Translations under genes and position numbers: made by a program | Shown here: positions 1-12,898 of the stretch, piece by piece | How positions within the stretch are numbered: position 1 is the stretch's first letter | Layout: every line of letters begins with the position of its first letter | Notes under the pieces: generated by a model | What the model was told of the DNA's origin: nothing | Seen by the model: the letters and a program-made list of their open reading frames with translations, nothing else | Databases searched by the model: none | Source: Octopus sinensis | Taxonomy: Eukaryota | Length of the DNA stretch: 64,000 nt | Reading direction: 5' to 3' | Assembly (NCBI RefSeq): GCF_006345805.1 | Contig: NC_043006.1 | Coordinates: forward strand, 48,298,001 to 48,362,000

Positions 1-517
1 TAATTTTCGAAGCCTCGCCGTTGGATATATGCTTGTATGAGATGTGGCTAAAGAGAGTCTAACTGATTAGAAGATAATTAAGAAGGATTTTTTTTGTCTT
101 TTAATTTTTGGCATGTTAGCCAAGAGCGAAACTATCAAACAGCATTCAAACATCAAAATATTTTAGGAAGGCTGTGAACAAAACATTGTTGTTTTTAGAA
201 TTTAACAAGTTAGACACACACACACCTCACACACATATCCAAAACATACACTCTCACCTACACACACCTAGACACAAACATTTTATATGCATGTTGGGGT
301 ATGCAAAGAAGAGATTAAATTTCTATTAACAGAAGTTGAGTATAAATGTTAGTTGTTGTGTTGAGATTATCACACTATTTCTACTCAGAGTTTGATATAT
401 GCTCCTGATCGTGCAAGAAGTTTATGATATACAAAGACATTTCTTTGAAAGTATAAAGTGTTTCACACGAGTGGACACTCTATGGGTGGAAAACTGGTCG
501 CTTGAAAAGTAATAGAA

Positions 518-1996
518 TACGAGGTAATATCAAAAAAGTTCCTGGATTAATTATGTTTAATAAAAAAAATAGCTTATTCACCTGTTTTAACAGCATCTAA
601 TTCGAAATAGTCACCTTGCGCAGCAATACACCGGTCCCGATGTTCCTGCCACTTTTGGAATCCAATCTGGAAGTCATTTTCCGAAAGTGAATCGAGGACC
701 TCCTGCCAATCGCTCTGGATCTCGACAACGGTGTTAAAACGGCGACCATTGAGCTGTATTTTCATCAATGGGGAAAAGATGGAAGTCCACAGGGGCTAAA
801 TCTGGCGAATAGACCGGGTGTAGAAGCGATACCACGTTGTTTTTTCGGTGAAAAACTCACGAGTGTGGAGCGCTTGGTGAAGAAACCAATTCTTCGCGAT
901 CCATAGATCCGGTCTTCTTCCCCGAATGTCCTCTCTCAAACGCTTCAAACCTCTTAATTGATGGTCTGGCTCTGGGGGACGAATCCTCGTTGTACAATAC
1001 AGCGGATGTCGAAAATATGATGAATATGCTTCTGATTGAACTGCGGGACTGTCGTGCCTTCTTCGGTCGTGAAGATGAAGGCCTCTTGCATTGTGACGAG
1101 TGCTGCTTCGTCTAACAGTCGCCACCCGTAGACCCAACTCTCGTCACTGGTGATGATCCTTGACATGAAGGATGGGTCGTCAGCGGCACGCTGATGGAGA
1201 TCCTGACAGACTTCGACGCGATGCTCTCTCAGCTCACTGGCCAGCAGGCAGGGGGAAAACTTGTCAGAGACACGTCGCATGTTCAATTCAGACGTTAGGA
1301 TTGCCTGCAAAACACCTTACGACAGACCAGCAACATCAGCAATATTGTTGATTGTCCTCCGACGATCCTCATACACAATCTCATTAATTTACTCCACATA
1401 AGGGTGACGCTCGTGCCATTTCCGAAGGTGACGCACGTGACATTTCCAAAAGTGATGCTCATAGCAAATCTACTCGCGCACCGTCCTCGAGGAAGGTTCT
1501 TCCGATTTTGAAGAGCCTGTACCACTCGAAACATTGCATACGACCCATTGCCTCATCACCGTAAGTTTATCGAAGCATGTTCGATATCTCTGTAGCAGAC
1601 TTTCCAAGTTTAACACAAAATTTCACATTGGCTCTTTGTTCCAACTTCCTTTCCATGACAAAAATCGCAGACCACAATATACACGCGATCACAAAATCTC
1701 AAATTTCACAAATTACGAATAGAGCACAGCGATGTTTCTCAGCACACTGCTTCATGAAGGCCACTGCTAGCTCTCACTGCGCACGCACCCGTGTTCTGGC
1801 ATCTGTTGGCGTGCACAAAAAGAAAATGACTCTCCCCAGACACAACAATCTTTTTCTTCCTTCGGGAGATGGGATAAAAACGAAATTTTTAAAAGAGTGT
1901 TTTCGTTTAATTATTTATCACTCATGAACAGCATTAGATAGCAGAATAGTAAAAGAGGCAGACAACTAGTCAGGAACTTTTTGATACCACATCGCA
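518..1996 (-). mobile_element. Decayed mariner (Tc1/mariner superfamily) DNA transposon, near full length, transposase frameshifted
   Basis: Minus-strand fragments IITSDESWVYG (ORF 954..1310), HPVYSPDLAPVDFHLFP (~780-830) and FQKWQEHRDRCIAAQGDYFE (ORF 574..768) are mariner transposase motifs. Imperfect TIRs: tacgaggtaatatcaaaaaagttcctgga (518-546) and agtcaggaactttttgataccacatcgca (1968-1996). Confidence 0.9.
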
Positions 1997-3646
1997 CCTT
2001 AACATAAAGCAAACATTAATATATGTGTGTTGTATGTGTGTATGCTTGCATGCATGTATATAAATATATATTTCGTTTTTGGACACACATGCGCACAAAC
2101 AAACAAAAAGGAACGCAGTGTAAATAATGGACAGAGTCAAGACTTTTGAAAAGGTTGCAAGACGCAACGAAAATTTTAGGAAAATAAAAATAAGAAATAA
2201 GAGGAAATTTTACCAGTGACTGTGTTAAATTATAAGGCACAAAAAGAAAACGACTCTCCCCAGACACAACAGAATGTAAATATATAATTATGCATACATA
2301 TATGAACGTACATATGTACATATATGCATGGTACATATATATGCGTACAAGGTATCTAGTAAACTAGCTACTTAGATAGGTAGGAGAGATAGAGAAGATG
2401 AGTGAGGAAAATATGCTTGTGTATGGCAAATTGAGAAAGAAGGCATCAAATTTTACTTGATACCGCCAGTAGATCCAAATACGGACATAGATAGGAACTG
2501 ATACATAATATAAATGGTGATATTATTATCAATGTAATAGGTCATAGGTATTTTTCTAATTCTTAACTGCCAAGCCTTCTGTGTATTTTATGATGATGGT
2601 TATTTAATATTTTCTCTGGTTACTGGTTTCTTTCCCTGCACTCACACTCCTTAGATTTGATAAGTTCCAAAACGTCACACTTGGTGACAGCTTACTCTTT
2701 ACATGCTTAGCAAAAGTCTAAAGGAACTTACCATATCTATTTTCTAGGTTTTTGGCTCATATTTCTTCTTTCATCGCTGTATAACCTCAACGGTTTTCTC
2801 TACAGATGTTTTGTGTTTGACGTGGTCCACATATGGATGGCTTTTCCAAGAAATTTTACATTTTTTTGTTGCTCTTCTCAACATCAAGTTCTTTTTTTTT
2901 TGGGGGGGGGTATTTTATTTATTTATTGTTTTCCTTAAATATTTTTTCGCTTTTTGGGAATATAAAATTTTCCTCATCTACCACAATGAGTTTGTTTGCT
3001 TCTTGTATGTGTGAATTGATCCAGTGTATAAAATGTTCCATTGGTTCCTACATGACACCTTAATCTTTCTCAAATTTTCAATTTTATCACAAAAACACTA
3101 ATCATCTTATTCCTTTAAATTTCATGCTTTTGTTTTTATCTTGTATTTTTTCATTTCTTTTATATATATATATTTTTTTTTTGGCTTTAGTACTTTTTGT
3201 TTCACTTCCGTGTAACTTGATTTTCTTTGGCTGTATAATCCAGATTTACAACCATTTAAATCTTTTTTTAAGTCTGATCTACAGATAACATCAGGCATTA
3301 AAGTCCTTACTTGCACCTGATTGTTGGAGTGATGGGAAAATATTTCACAAAGAATTTTCTGTTGCAGTTTCGATCGCTAGGCTTTGCTATTTCTCTTCAA
3401 ACGTTTGTATAACATTTTCCTCTTGTTCAAAAATTAAACTCAATCTTTTTCTTTCTTCGGGAGATGGGATACAAACGAAATCTTAAAAAGAGTGTTTTCG
3501 TTTAATTATTTATCACACATGAACAGCATTAGATAGCAGAATATTTAAAGAGGCAGACAGAATATTATCCAGTATTTAGCCGATTTAGTCGTCTATCAAA
3601 TAAATAATAGATAAGTACCAGAGGTGATTTAGTCTTTTATATTTCC

Positions 3647-3648
<2 letters not shown>

Positions 3649-3700
<52 letters not shown>
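3649..3700. repeat. (TAA)n microsatellite
   Basis: About 17 perfect TAA units. Confidence 0.95.
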
Positions 3701-3702
<2 letters not shown>

Positions 3703-3719
3703 AATTATTATTGTTGTTG

Positions 3720-5440
3720 TTGTTGTCAACATAGCTGGAGTCGTGCTTTTGGAGCGCTGTAAGTTTATTACTACTTCACATGTTTAAAACGTTCTATACT
3801 GTATTTTGTTGTTTAAATCGTTTTGCAAGCCAGCTGGCCTTCTGCGGGGTGCGGCTAATGTTTGTTAACCAAAGCCCCATTTTGGGAGTGATAAAAACAT
3901 TTTTGTTTTCAAATTTCTTCGAAACACAAAGAGAAGGAAACTAGTAAACGCTAAACGCGACCACGTGGAAAAAGCTATGAAAATATATATGGCAAGATAT
4001 CCACCACATTGCAAGAGCGAGACAGTACGGCGGAGCAGAGGTCCTTTTTAAGACCGAGCGGCAGGCGATACTGAGCTCGGTAGCCACGCGTCGCACCGAG
4101 AAAATCGCCCTTTTCCCAACGTACATGGGAAGAAGTACGGTACGAATTACAGTGGCAGGTGTCCCACCAGGTTTGGATTTATGGTAGATTCTCGCCTGTA
4201 TTTGTACGGACGGAGGAGAGAATCTCCTGGATGATAAAAGATCGAGAAGGGAGAATTAGGTTGGGACTACCTTGGAGATTCTTCTCCACGTGAAGCCAGA
4301 GCTGTTAGAGAAAGTTCCAGACCAGATTTCCCTCTCGAACGGAGTAGAACTAAGGCTGAACATGGAGGGAAGAAGGCCGAAGTGCCACGATTGTAGTTCA
4401 ACAGGCCACTTTCAGGTTTTCTGCCCACAGAATAAGAACAGAAGGACAGAAGGAAATGTCCAAACAAAAGCACCACAACCCATGAGTCGACAAAAAGAAC
4501 AAGAAAAAGAAGAACAAGAACAGAAAGGCTGGGGAATAAAAACAGAAGTTGAAACTAAGGAGACAAAACAAGTGTGACAGTAAGGGTGACAGTGGAAGTA
4601 GCACCAGCAGCAGTGGCGGAAGCTACACTAGCAGGAGCAACAACAACAACTACAAGAGAACCAGAAGAAACAATACCAGAAAAAAACATTCAAGACAGGG
4701 AGTCAGCCTCACGTTCAAGTGATGCCCAAAGGACAAAAAAAGTAAGGAAGTGTCACAGAAAAAAGGGAGAAATCCAAGAAACGGCAAATACAGACACACT
4801 GATGATAACACTCCAAGCACCACAATCACCAACAACATCACAAACACCCACAGCAGAATCAAAAACACGACAAACTTTAAAAAGTTCACCTCCATCTCCG
4901 GGCCACCGCGTGTGCCCCGTACATTTCAGCAAAGAGCCACTGAAATTCCGCACAAATATGCTTCGACTCCTGTAGCATATGCCCATCCCGACCCCCCAAT
5001 GTCCGAATTGTAGTTTTATTACGACGTTGCGCCTCTGCCACCCGGGCCCATCGAACAGCTTTCGTTCCCTCCTGCTATAGACCACGCGCTCTAACTCTGA
5101 CAATGCAACTTTCATGCTTAGTATTGAAGTATTTGTTCAGAACCAATCTCGCTGCCTGCTGAGTTGTGGGGTTATGTCGAACAGCTGCTGTCAAGTGTGG
5201 GACGGATCCGTCTGTCGGCCGAGACTGTAGTAATGATCGCAACCCCGCCCTTCTTCAATCGGGCAGACAAGAGAGCGGGTTGTAGTGAAAGAGCGCTTTA
5301 CAAAACTCGTTGACGAATCTCAAATTGTGTTGAACGTTAAGTTCAATTCAAATTTTAGTTTCGTTTCCTGTGTATTTCATATCTCATTTCTATCTTCCTC
5401 TTCCTCTTCGTAAATTTTATGTAAATCGAAATTCCAAAAA
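3720..5440 (+). mobile_element. Internally deleted Tx1/L1-type non-LTR retrotransposon (ORF1 remnant plus ORF2 3' end)
   Basis: ORF 4272..4577 has a gag-type zinc knuckle CHDCSSTGHFQVFC (CX2CX4HX4C). An upstream frame reads FPTYMGRSTVRITVAGVPPG (RRM-like ORF1). 5040-5260 aligns at DNA and protein level (PGPSNSF-RSL vs PGPMDNFQRSL; tgtggggttatgtcgaacagctgctgtcaagtgtgggacg) with 56580-56860 of the LINE at 54443. Confidence 0.7.
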
Positions 5441-5463
5441 CCAAAACAAATAATATGAATATA

Positions 5464-5870
5464 GGCGCAGGAATGGCTGTGCGGTAAGTAGCTTGCTCAC
5501 TAGCCACATGGTTACGGGTTCAGTCCCACTGCGTGGCACCTTGGGCAAGTGTCTTCTACTATAGCCTCGGGCCGACCAAAGCCTTGTGAGTGGATTTGGT
5601 AGACGGAAAATGAAAGAAGCCCGTCGTTTATATGTATATATATGTTTGCATGTCTGTGTTTGTCCCCCAACATCGCTTGACAACCGATGCTGGTTTGCTT
5701 ACGTCCCCATAACTTAGTGGGTTGGCCTAAAAGACCGATAAAATAAGTACTAGACTTATAAACAATAAATAAGTCCTGGGGTCGATTTGTTTCGACTGAA
5801 GGCGGTGCTCCAGTATGGCCGAAGTCGAATGACTGAAACAAAGAAAAGAATAAAAGAAAGAAAAGAATAG
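5464..5870 (+). mobile_element. tRNA-derived SINE group A (CORE-like), full length
   Basis: A box tggctgtgcgg, B box ggttcagtccc, ccttgggcaagt CORE-like segment, internal (TA/TG) tract, (AAAAG)-type tail. Multiple copies in the window. Confidence 0.85.
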
Positions 5871-6534
5871 AAATATTAAAAGGAAAAACAAGGATAAAAT
5901 TTAAGATTAAAACGCTAAATTTAGCTTCCACTTTATCTACTGTAAATGTGAATAGTCTAGACACCGTACGACACTAACATTATAATATACGTTTGAATTT
6001 ATATAATTTTAGTGTACAGAGGCAATGGAATAGAAGTTACAACATATTTAGTCCTCAGATAAAATATATTTATGAGCTCAAAAGTGAGATTTCCCCGACT
6101 GAAATCCGGTTATAGAAAAAAATATCTCAACTGACACTCAAGCAGTTTAACAGCTGTTAAGTTCATTGGTTCATCTTTTCGAAATAAAACATCACCAGAT
6201 TTTAGGTCGAAGGAGGTTAGCAAAGGTGTGATAAGAAGTAAGTGACGATATGTTTATATACCGTGTAATACTGTCAGGTCATATGATGTGGTTTATATGT
6301 ATGTGTGTGTGTGTGTGTGCGTATGTGCTTGTGTGTGTTTGTGTGTGTGTGTGCCGGGTCTTTATACGTATACATACATATACTCTCTTCTTCTCATACA
6401 TACGATGCAGGACGAATGCTAAACGATTGCTCCGCAATACATGTTTAAGAAGGTATCATTTTTTTTTGTTTTGTTTTCATTAAAGTTGAAACTCGAGTCA
6501 AACTCTCAGCTTCATGTTCAATAAACACACAAAA

Positions 6535-6598
6535 ACATAGATAGACAGAAAGACAGACAGAATGACATACAGACGAACGGACAGACAGACAGACGGAC

Positions 6599-6662
<64 letters not shown>

Positions 6663-6705
6663 TAGATTGATAGATAGATAAATAGATAGACAGATAGACA
6701 GATAG

Positions 6706-6769
<64 letters not shown>

Positions 6770-6809
6770 TGATAGATAGATAAATAGATAGACAGATAGA
6801 CAGATATAC

Positions 6810-6860
<51 letters not shown>
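6535..6860. repeat. (GATA)n/(GACA)n microsatellite
   Basis: Direct reading. Confidence 0.95.
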
Positions 6861-7333
6861 TGTTTCTTTATTAGCCACACAGAGCTGCACACAGACAGGA
6901 CAAAATTACAAGGTAGAGCTTTTCTTTTGGGGGTAAAAGAAGGGGGTTTGGTTTTCGATCAAAAGGGATCGTAAATGGAAAGAAAGAGGACAAAAAAAGG
7001 GGGTGGATAAAATAAAATTTTTAAAAAAAAGGGAGGTGAGGAAAAAAAGGGAAAGGAAAAAAAATTGATCAATAGGGATCGTTATCACAGAAATGTCAAT
7101 ATGAAGTGTAAAGGGGAGGACAGGTGAGGTTTACCCGTGGAAAGAAAAGCCTACGGAAAAGACTGCGGTAACCTCGGTCAATGAAGTCACATGTTATATT
7201 TCTTTTTTTGTATTAATTTTTACGGTTCATAGAATCATAGTCAAGGTGGCTTCGTCATTCATACGTGCCATCCTTGCTACATTCACCCATCTTTTTTTAA
7301 AACATTCAATAGACAAAACTTGCCTCTCTACTC

Positions 7334-7334
<1 letters not shown>
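6861..7334 (-). mobile_element. 5'-truncated copy (3' end) of the Tx1/L1-type LINE at 54443-57532
   Basis: Reverse complement matches ~57008-57532: RVERQVLSIECFKKRWVNVARMARMNDEATLTMIL*, the 3' UTR and the terminus ...taataaagaaaca. (GATA)n on both sides. Confidence 0.9.
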
Positions 7335-7414
<80 letters not shown>

Positions 7415-7431
7415 GGTAAAAATGCCGACTC

Positions 7432-7630
7432 ACAAATACCGGTTTCCTAGTTTCCGTGGCATATATATTCCCCCACCTGTACGCAATGCTGGTCCGTCTC
7501 AGGATTTACTCATTTTTGTCAGCTGAGTGGACGGGATCAACATGAAATTATGTGTTTTGCTCAAGAACACAACGCGTCGCCCGGTCCAGGAATCGAAACC
7601 ACAATCTTACGATCATGATGCTGGCACCGT
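7432..7630 (-). mobile_element. tRNA-derived SINE group D, partial
   Basis: Matches 33428-33678 (ggtttcgattcctggaccgggcgacgcgttgtgttcttgagcaaaacac). Confidence 0.75.
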
Positions 7631-7760
7631 AAAAAAATATAGCTAGGTGACTCCACAAAATAAATGCACCCTAGATGAGAAAGCTGGTTCAAAGCCTACA
7701 GATCCAATCCATCATTGGAACTACAAAAAATTTTTAACTTCCCAGGTGTTTTCCCTTTAA

Positions 7761-7795
<35 letters not shown>

Positions 7796-8313
7796 CATGT
7801 CTAGGCATGGAAATATATGCATGAGAAAACATACATAAAGCAAAGCATGCAAATCTGCACATATACACACATACATACAAAAATACTCTGTTGTTGAAAT
7901 TCCCATCTTTGATCTAGGTTAGAAATCGGCTCTTACTCTATTGGCAAGAAATATTGAAATTAAACCGAATAATGACTTATGTACAGATATGCGTGTATAC
8001 ATGCATACATATATACATATATACATATCGGTCGAACGAGTTAAACCGTTAAACGAATAAAACGAATTAAACGAATTAAACCGTTACGAGAAATGAGAAT
8101 CTTTAATATACTACTAAGCAGAGTGAATATGAAGATTATCTGCGTCAGCAAAATACCATAAAACATTACAAGTAGGAACACCCGTGGAACGGGTACCATG
8201 CAGAATTTAATAACTTGCTGAGTATGGTCACTATTTACCCCAACTGTAGATATCCAAGAAATTTTTTTAAGAACGGATGAATGTAGCATAATATAAGCAA
8301 ATATATATATATA

Positions 8314-8540
8314 TATTTCTTTACTACCCACAAGGGGCTAAACACAGAGGGGACAAACAAAGACAGACAAACGGATTAAGTCGATTACATCGACCCCAGT
8401 GCGTAACTGGTACTTAATTTATCGACCTCGAAAGGATGAAAGGCAAAGTCGATCTCGGCGGAATTTGAACTCATAACGTAACGGCAGACGAAATACGGCT
8501 AAGCATTTCGCCCGGCGTGCTAACGTTTCTGCCAGCTCGC
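8314..8540 (-). mobile_element. SINE group B (Deu/Nin-domain-like)
   Basis: gcgagctggcagaaacgttagc head, gagttcaaattcc B box, gcctttcatcctttcgaggtcgataaattaagtaccag central domain. Confidence 0.85.
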
Positions 8541-8719
8541 AAATATATATATAGCAATGCGCTTACACATACACAGACGTACACAAATAGACGTTTATAC
8601 GTGTGTATCTGTATTTGTGTGCGTGCGTGTATGTGTGTGCGTATGCGTGCGTATATGTTTGATTGTGCGTATCTGCTCGCGTGTGTGTTTGTGTGCCTAC
8701 AAACTATATATATATATAT

Positions 8720-9038
8720 TCTTTTCTTTTCACCCTTTTCAAGCCTAGCCAGGCTCATGGGCCCGTTTTCCCGGTTTTTGTGGCGTATGTATCCCCCCCC
8801 CCCCCAGCTGGACGGGACGCGCCAGTCCATCGCAGCGTTACTCAAGAAACAGAAAGAAAGAATGAGAGAAATTTGGGGCGAAAGAGTACAACAGGGGTCA
8901 CCACCACCCCCTGCCGGAGCCTCGTGGAGCTTTAGGTGTTTTCGCTCAATAAACACACACAACGCCCGGTCTTGGAATCGAAAATGCGATCCTCCGACCG
9001 CGAGTCCGCTGCCCTAACCGCTGGGCCATTGCGCCTCC
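8720..9038 (-). mobile_element. tRNA-derived SINE group C with tail 1a
   Basis: ggcgcaatggcccagcggttagggc A box, B-box-like ttcgattcc, tail gagtaacgctgcgatggactggcgtcccgtccagc...catgagcctggctagg. Confidence 0.85.
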
Positions 9039-9127
<89 letters not shown>

Positions 9128-9230
9128 TATATATGTATATGCTCATTATATATTCATATATACTTAGATAGATAGATAGATAATATATATGCATACATGT
9201 ATATGTACATGCATACATGTATGTATATAT

Positions 9231-9269
<39 letters not shown>

Positions 9270-9277
9270 ATGTGTGT

Positions 9278-9340
<63 letters not shown>

Positions 9341-9599
9341 CAAAAGAATGGATAAATAGCAAAAGCGTTAGAGAATGAAAACGGCAAAAGAAAAACTGAC
9401 AACGCTGACAAACACAGAAGGCAAATTAGTGAAGTTGAAGAGACGAGTTAAAAAAGGAATGCTATTAACTGCTAAGTGAAAGGAACACTTTAGATCTGAA
9501 TAAACAACCCGTCAATGTTGCTATTCACTCTACGAAGGTACGTGGATGGGAGATTTCCTGATTTAGCATAAGATTGAAAACATAAAGCAGCAAAGATTT

Positions 9600-10240
9600 T
9601 GTTACAGAAAAACAAATAGGTGTTTCTAGGTAATTTTGGTACGCTCGCTGAAAATCCGTATTCAGAAAAAAATTCTATTACGTCCAGATTTTCCACAAAT
9701 TAAATTCTAGGTAGTTTGTGCATACAGTAACATCAATAATCTTACTTCTTTTCAGGTCATTGGATAGACACATCCTTTCATATACTCTAATTAATTTTTC
9801 AGATCTTGTGTGATACATCAGGAGGACAACAAATAGATGTACATGTGTAAATCATGCAGATAACTTCTGCTATATCAATCAATAATTTGTATATTCTGAT
9901 CTCATAGTAACGGAATATAGTGACAGCATCAAGGATCAAACTTTCCTATATGTATAATTATCGTTGTAATTCTGAAGACTAAGAGAGGAATTGGAAACTA
10001 TGTATTGCTGTGTACTATGCACTGCGATGTTAACAGCTTGACTGGATGTTAAAAGAAGTGCTACAATTCACAATCTCCATGCTTTGATGTGAAATTGTGA
10101 ATTTAATTTGCTGACTTGTTTTTGCATGTCGAAGATAACTGATTTCTCAAAGGAAAAAAATAATCACGGATCATCTAGCCAAACTACCGATCAGTCTTAA
10201 AAGTTAGTACCTTATGAGGAAATAAACCTACTGCATCAAC
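9600..10240 (+). mobile_element. Degenerate DNA-transposon transposase N-terminus (Chapaev3-like, tentative)
   Basis: 9844-9876 reads CVNHADNFCYI. ~10115-10225 gives frameshifted CMSKITDFSK and RII*PNYRSVLK. These resemble, from memory, the CxNxPDxFCYICG...DCYFC...YPNxxSAxxPVPH N-terminus of Chapaev3-type transposases. Confidence 0.4.
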
Positions 10241-10320
10241 AATGATTGCAGTTCTTCTGTAGAATTAACTTGTGATATGGAAACAGAGAAACTATCCCGT
10301 GTGTTCTTAGATACACATGG

Positions 10321-10570
10321 TTACTCTTTTACTCTTTTACTTGTTTCAGTCATTTGACTGCGGCCATGCGGGAGCACCGCCTTTAGTCGAGCAAATCGAC
10401 CCCAGGACTTATTCTTTGGAAGCCTAGCACTTATTCTATCGGTCTCTTTTGCCGAACCGCTAAGTTACGGGGACGTAAACACACCAGCATCGGTTGTCAA
10501 GCGATGGTGAGGGGACAAACACAGACACACAAACGTATACACATATACATATACATATATACACATATAC
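10321..10570 (-). mobile_element. SINE group A, 3' half
   Basis: Matches ~5640-5860. Confidence 0.85.
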
Positions 10571-10589
10571 GAGGGGGAGGAGGAGGAGG

Positions 10590-10815
10590 CGGGGCATGCG
10601 TTGTAACAGCGCGTCGCCGTATCCACAATTTGTGGATTGATCCCTCACTCCTGGCGAATGACACACTTTGCACCACTCGTAGGTCTGTTTGGGTAGTCGT
10701 TGCTGGTGAGGGTTTTACGGGGTCGGGGTGCAAATCCTACCTCGAGCTCTTTTAGTCAGCTTTTACGACACGCAGAGGAAACGTTTGGTCTATTCTTTAT
10801 GATGCAGGTCCCCAC
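10590..10815 (+). mobile_element. Possible retroelement 3' end fragment
   Basis: Ends in tagtcagcttttacgacacgcagagg...ggtctattct...ggtccccacac, resembling 3' ends of invertebrate LINE/SINE families. Single copy here. Confidence 0.25.
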
Positions 10816-10821
10816 ACAGCA

Positions 10822-10945
10822 CTAGATCAACGTGAAATGAAGTGCTTTGCTCAAGAACACAACACACCGCACGGCCCAGTAATCGAACCCACAACCTGGA
10901 GATGTCGAGTGCAGCGCTTTAACTACTAAGCCACGCGTTTTTGCG
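10822..10945 (-). mobile_element. SINE group D, head fragment
   Basis: tgctcaagaacacaacacaccgcacggcccagtaatcgaaccc...taactactaagccacgcg. Confidence 0.7.
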
Positions 10946-11960
10946 TAGGATATAGGACGTTTCTTAAAAAATGCATTTTAACATTCCCATCGTCCCTCCG
11001 TCTCTTGAAATATTGAGGCCGTCAGTGACATGTGTGGGGAGCATTTCCACCAGCAGAGTTCTGTTATGGAAAACAGATATCAAAGGAAATTCAACCGAAA
11101 TATGATAGGTGATTAGCGTTTGTCCTTGCCGAGAGAAAGAAATAGAGAGAAAAAGAGCGAGAGAGCAAGAGAGAAAGGGAGATAGAAAGAGCAGGAGAGA
11201 GAGTGGCGGGGAGGAAGTTTCATCGCGCAAATGATAGAAGGAACAGTTCTGATTCCCGATAGGAATTTGCCATATGTAGTTAGAAGATGATGACTGTACA
11301 CTTTTCGTGAATGGTCGGGCGCAGATTTGCAAATTTTTTCCTGTAAAATTCCATTGTCTTACACAACCGGAAGAAAGGAGGAAGGACGACCGTATGAACA
11401 TTACGTAAGCATTACTAACATACATAAATCAAGGCACAGAAAAGTAGCATAATTACGTTATGTAATAGAAGTCGAGGACGGAAAAGGCAAAAAGCGAGGG
11501 TCTTCGGTTACACATAATCTGGATGTGATAGGGAAATTTGGCTGTCAGACCTGAATTCAGCGTTACCGTTTGGTAGGAAACGGCAGATCCGATGTTTGTA
11601 ATGAAGAGCATTTTGAAATGCGTTTCCTAATATTATATGACCAAGCTGGGTTGTCTCATTTAGAGCAAGGTCTGGAAAGTATAAGGAATGTTCTATAATT
11701 ATATGTGGGTGAGGTGGGAAAATAGTTATTGAGTCAGAGTATGTGTATGTGTGTGTGTGTGTGAGTGCACGACAGTGTGTTTGTGTGAACATTCTTGTGC
11801 ATGCGAAGCAAATATATTTGAGTAAGTAAATGTGTAAGGGGAGGGTGAGTGACGAGTGAGCGGTAAATGTGTAAGGGGAGTGTGAGTGATGATTGAGAGG
11901 TAAATGATTAATGGGTTAAGTAAAAGATGTGTCCGTAAGAGAAAGTCGCAACGTCGTCCG

Positions 11961-12323
11961 TATTCTTTTATTTCTTTCAGTCATTTGACTGTGACCATGC
12001 TGGAGCACTGCCTGTAGTCGAACAAATCGACCCCAGGATTTATTCTTTGTAAGCTTAGTATTTATTCGATCGGTTTCTTTGGCCGAACCGCTCAATTACG
12101 GGTACGTAAACACACCAACATCAATTGTCAAGCGATGGTTGGGGAACAAGCACAGACACACACAAATATATATATACGACGAGATTCTTTTAGTTTCCGA
12201 TCTTCCAAATCCACTCACAAGGCTTTGGTCGGCCTTAGGCTACAGTAGAAGACACTTTTCCAAGTTGCCACGCAGTAGGACTGTACCCGGAATCATATTG
12301 TTGCTAAGCTAGCTACTTACCAC
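11961..12323 (-). mobile_element. SINE group A
   Basis: Near full-length match to 5464-5870. Confidence 0.85.
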
Positions 12324-12379
12324 TAGATATTTTTGAAAAAATAAATACATGGCTAAACAAACAAATATCTAAAAGTACA

Positions 12380-12380
12380 G

Positions 12381-12417
<37 letters not shown>

Positions 12418-12460
12418 CAGAGAGAGAGACAGGCAGACAGACAGATAGATAGATAGACTC

Positions 12461-12534
<74 letters not shown>

Positions 12535-12535
12535 G
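12380..12535. repeat. (GATA)n/(GA)n microsatellite
   Basis: Direct reading. Confidence 0.95.
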
Positions 12536-12612
12536 TGGTGGTAAATCGACATTAATGTATACGTGTGTGTGAACACGACGCACATGCAAACACACTTATA
12601 TATATATATATA

Positions 12613-12854
12613 CAGTAATTACTGACCATATCGCGGTTCTCCTATCGCCATTCACCTATCGCGGTTTATTATTTAAGCTTACGTCGTGGTGTTATTTTGC
12701 ATTCATAATAAAATAAATATATACAATTTATAAAAATAATAAAAAAACAATATATAGTACAGATCTGTTCCAATGAAGCAGAAGACGTATTGTATATTGT
12801 TTTTCGCCTATCGCAAGCTTTTGGAACGTAACAGCCGCGATAGTCGAGGGATTA

Positions 12855-12857
<3 letters not shown>
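12613..12857. mobile_element. Tigger/pogo-like MITE
   Basis: TIRs cagtaattactgaccatatcgcgg and ccgcgatagtcgagggattactg, in a TA context, ~245 bp, non-coding. Confidence 0.7.

Positions 12858-12896
<39 letters not shown>

Positions 12897-12898
<2 letters not shown>

Noticed and set aside
5464-5545. tRNA-like sequences at SINE heads (also 18629, 21292, 33428)
   Set aside because: A and B boxes are present but there is no complete cloverleaf or acceptor stem, and each continues into a SINE body.
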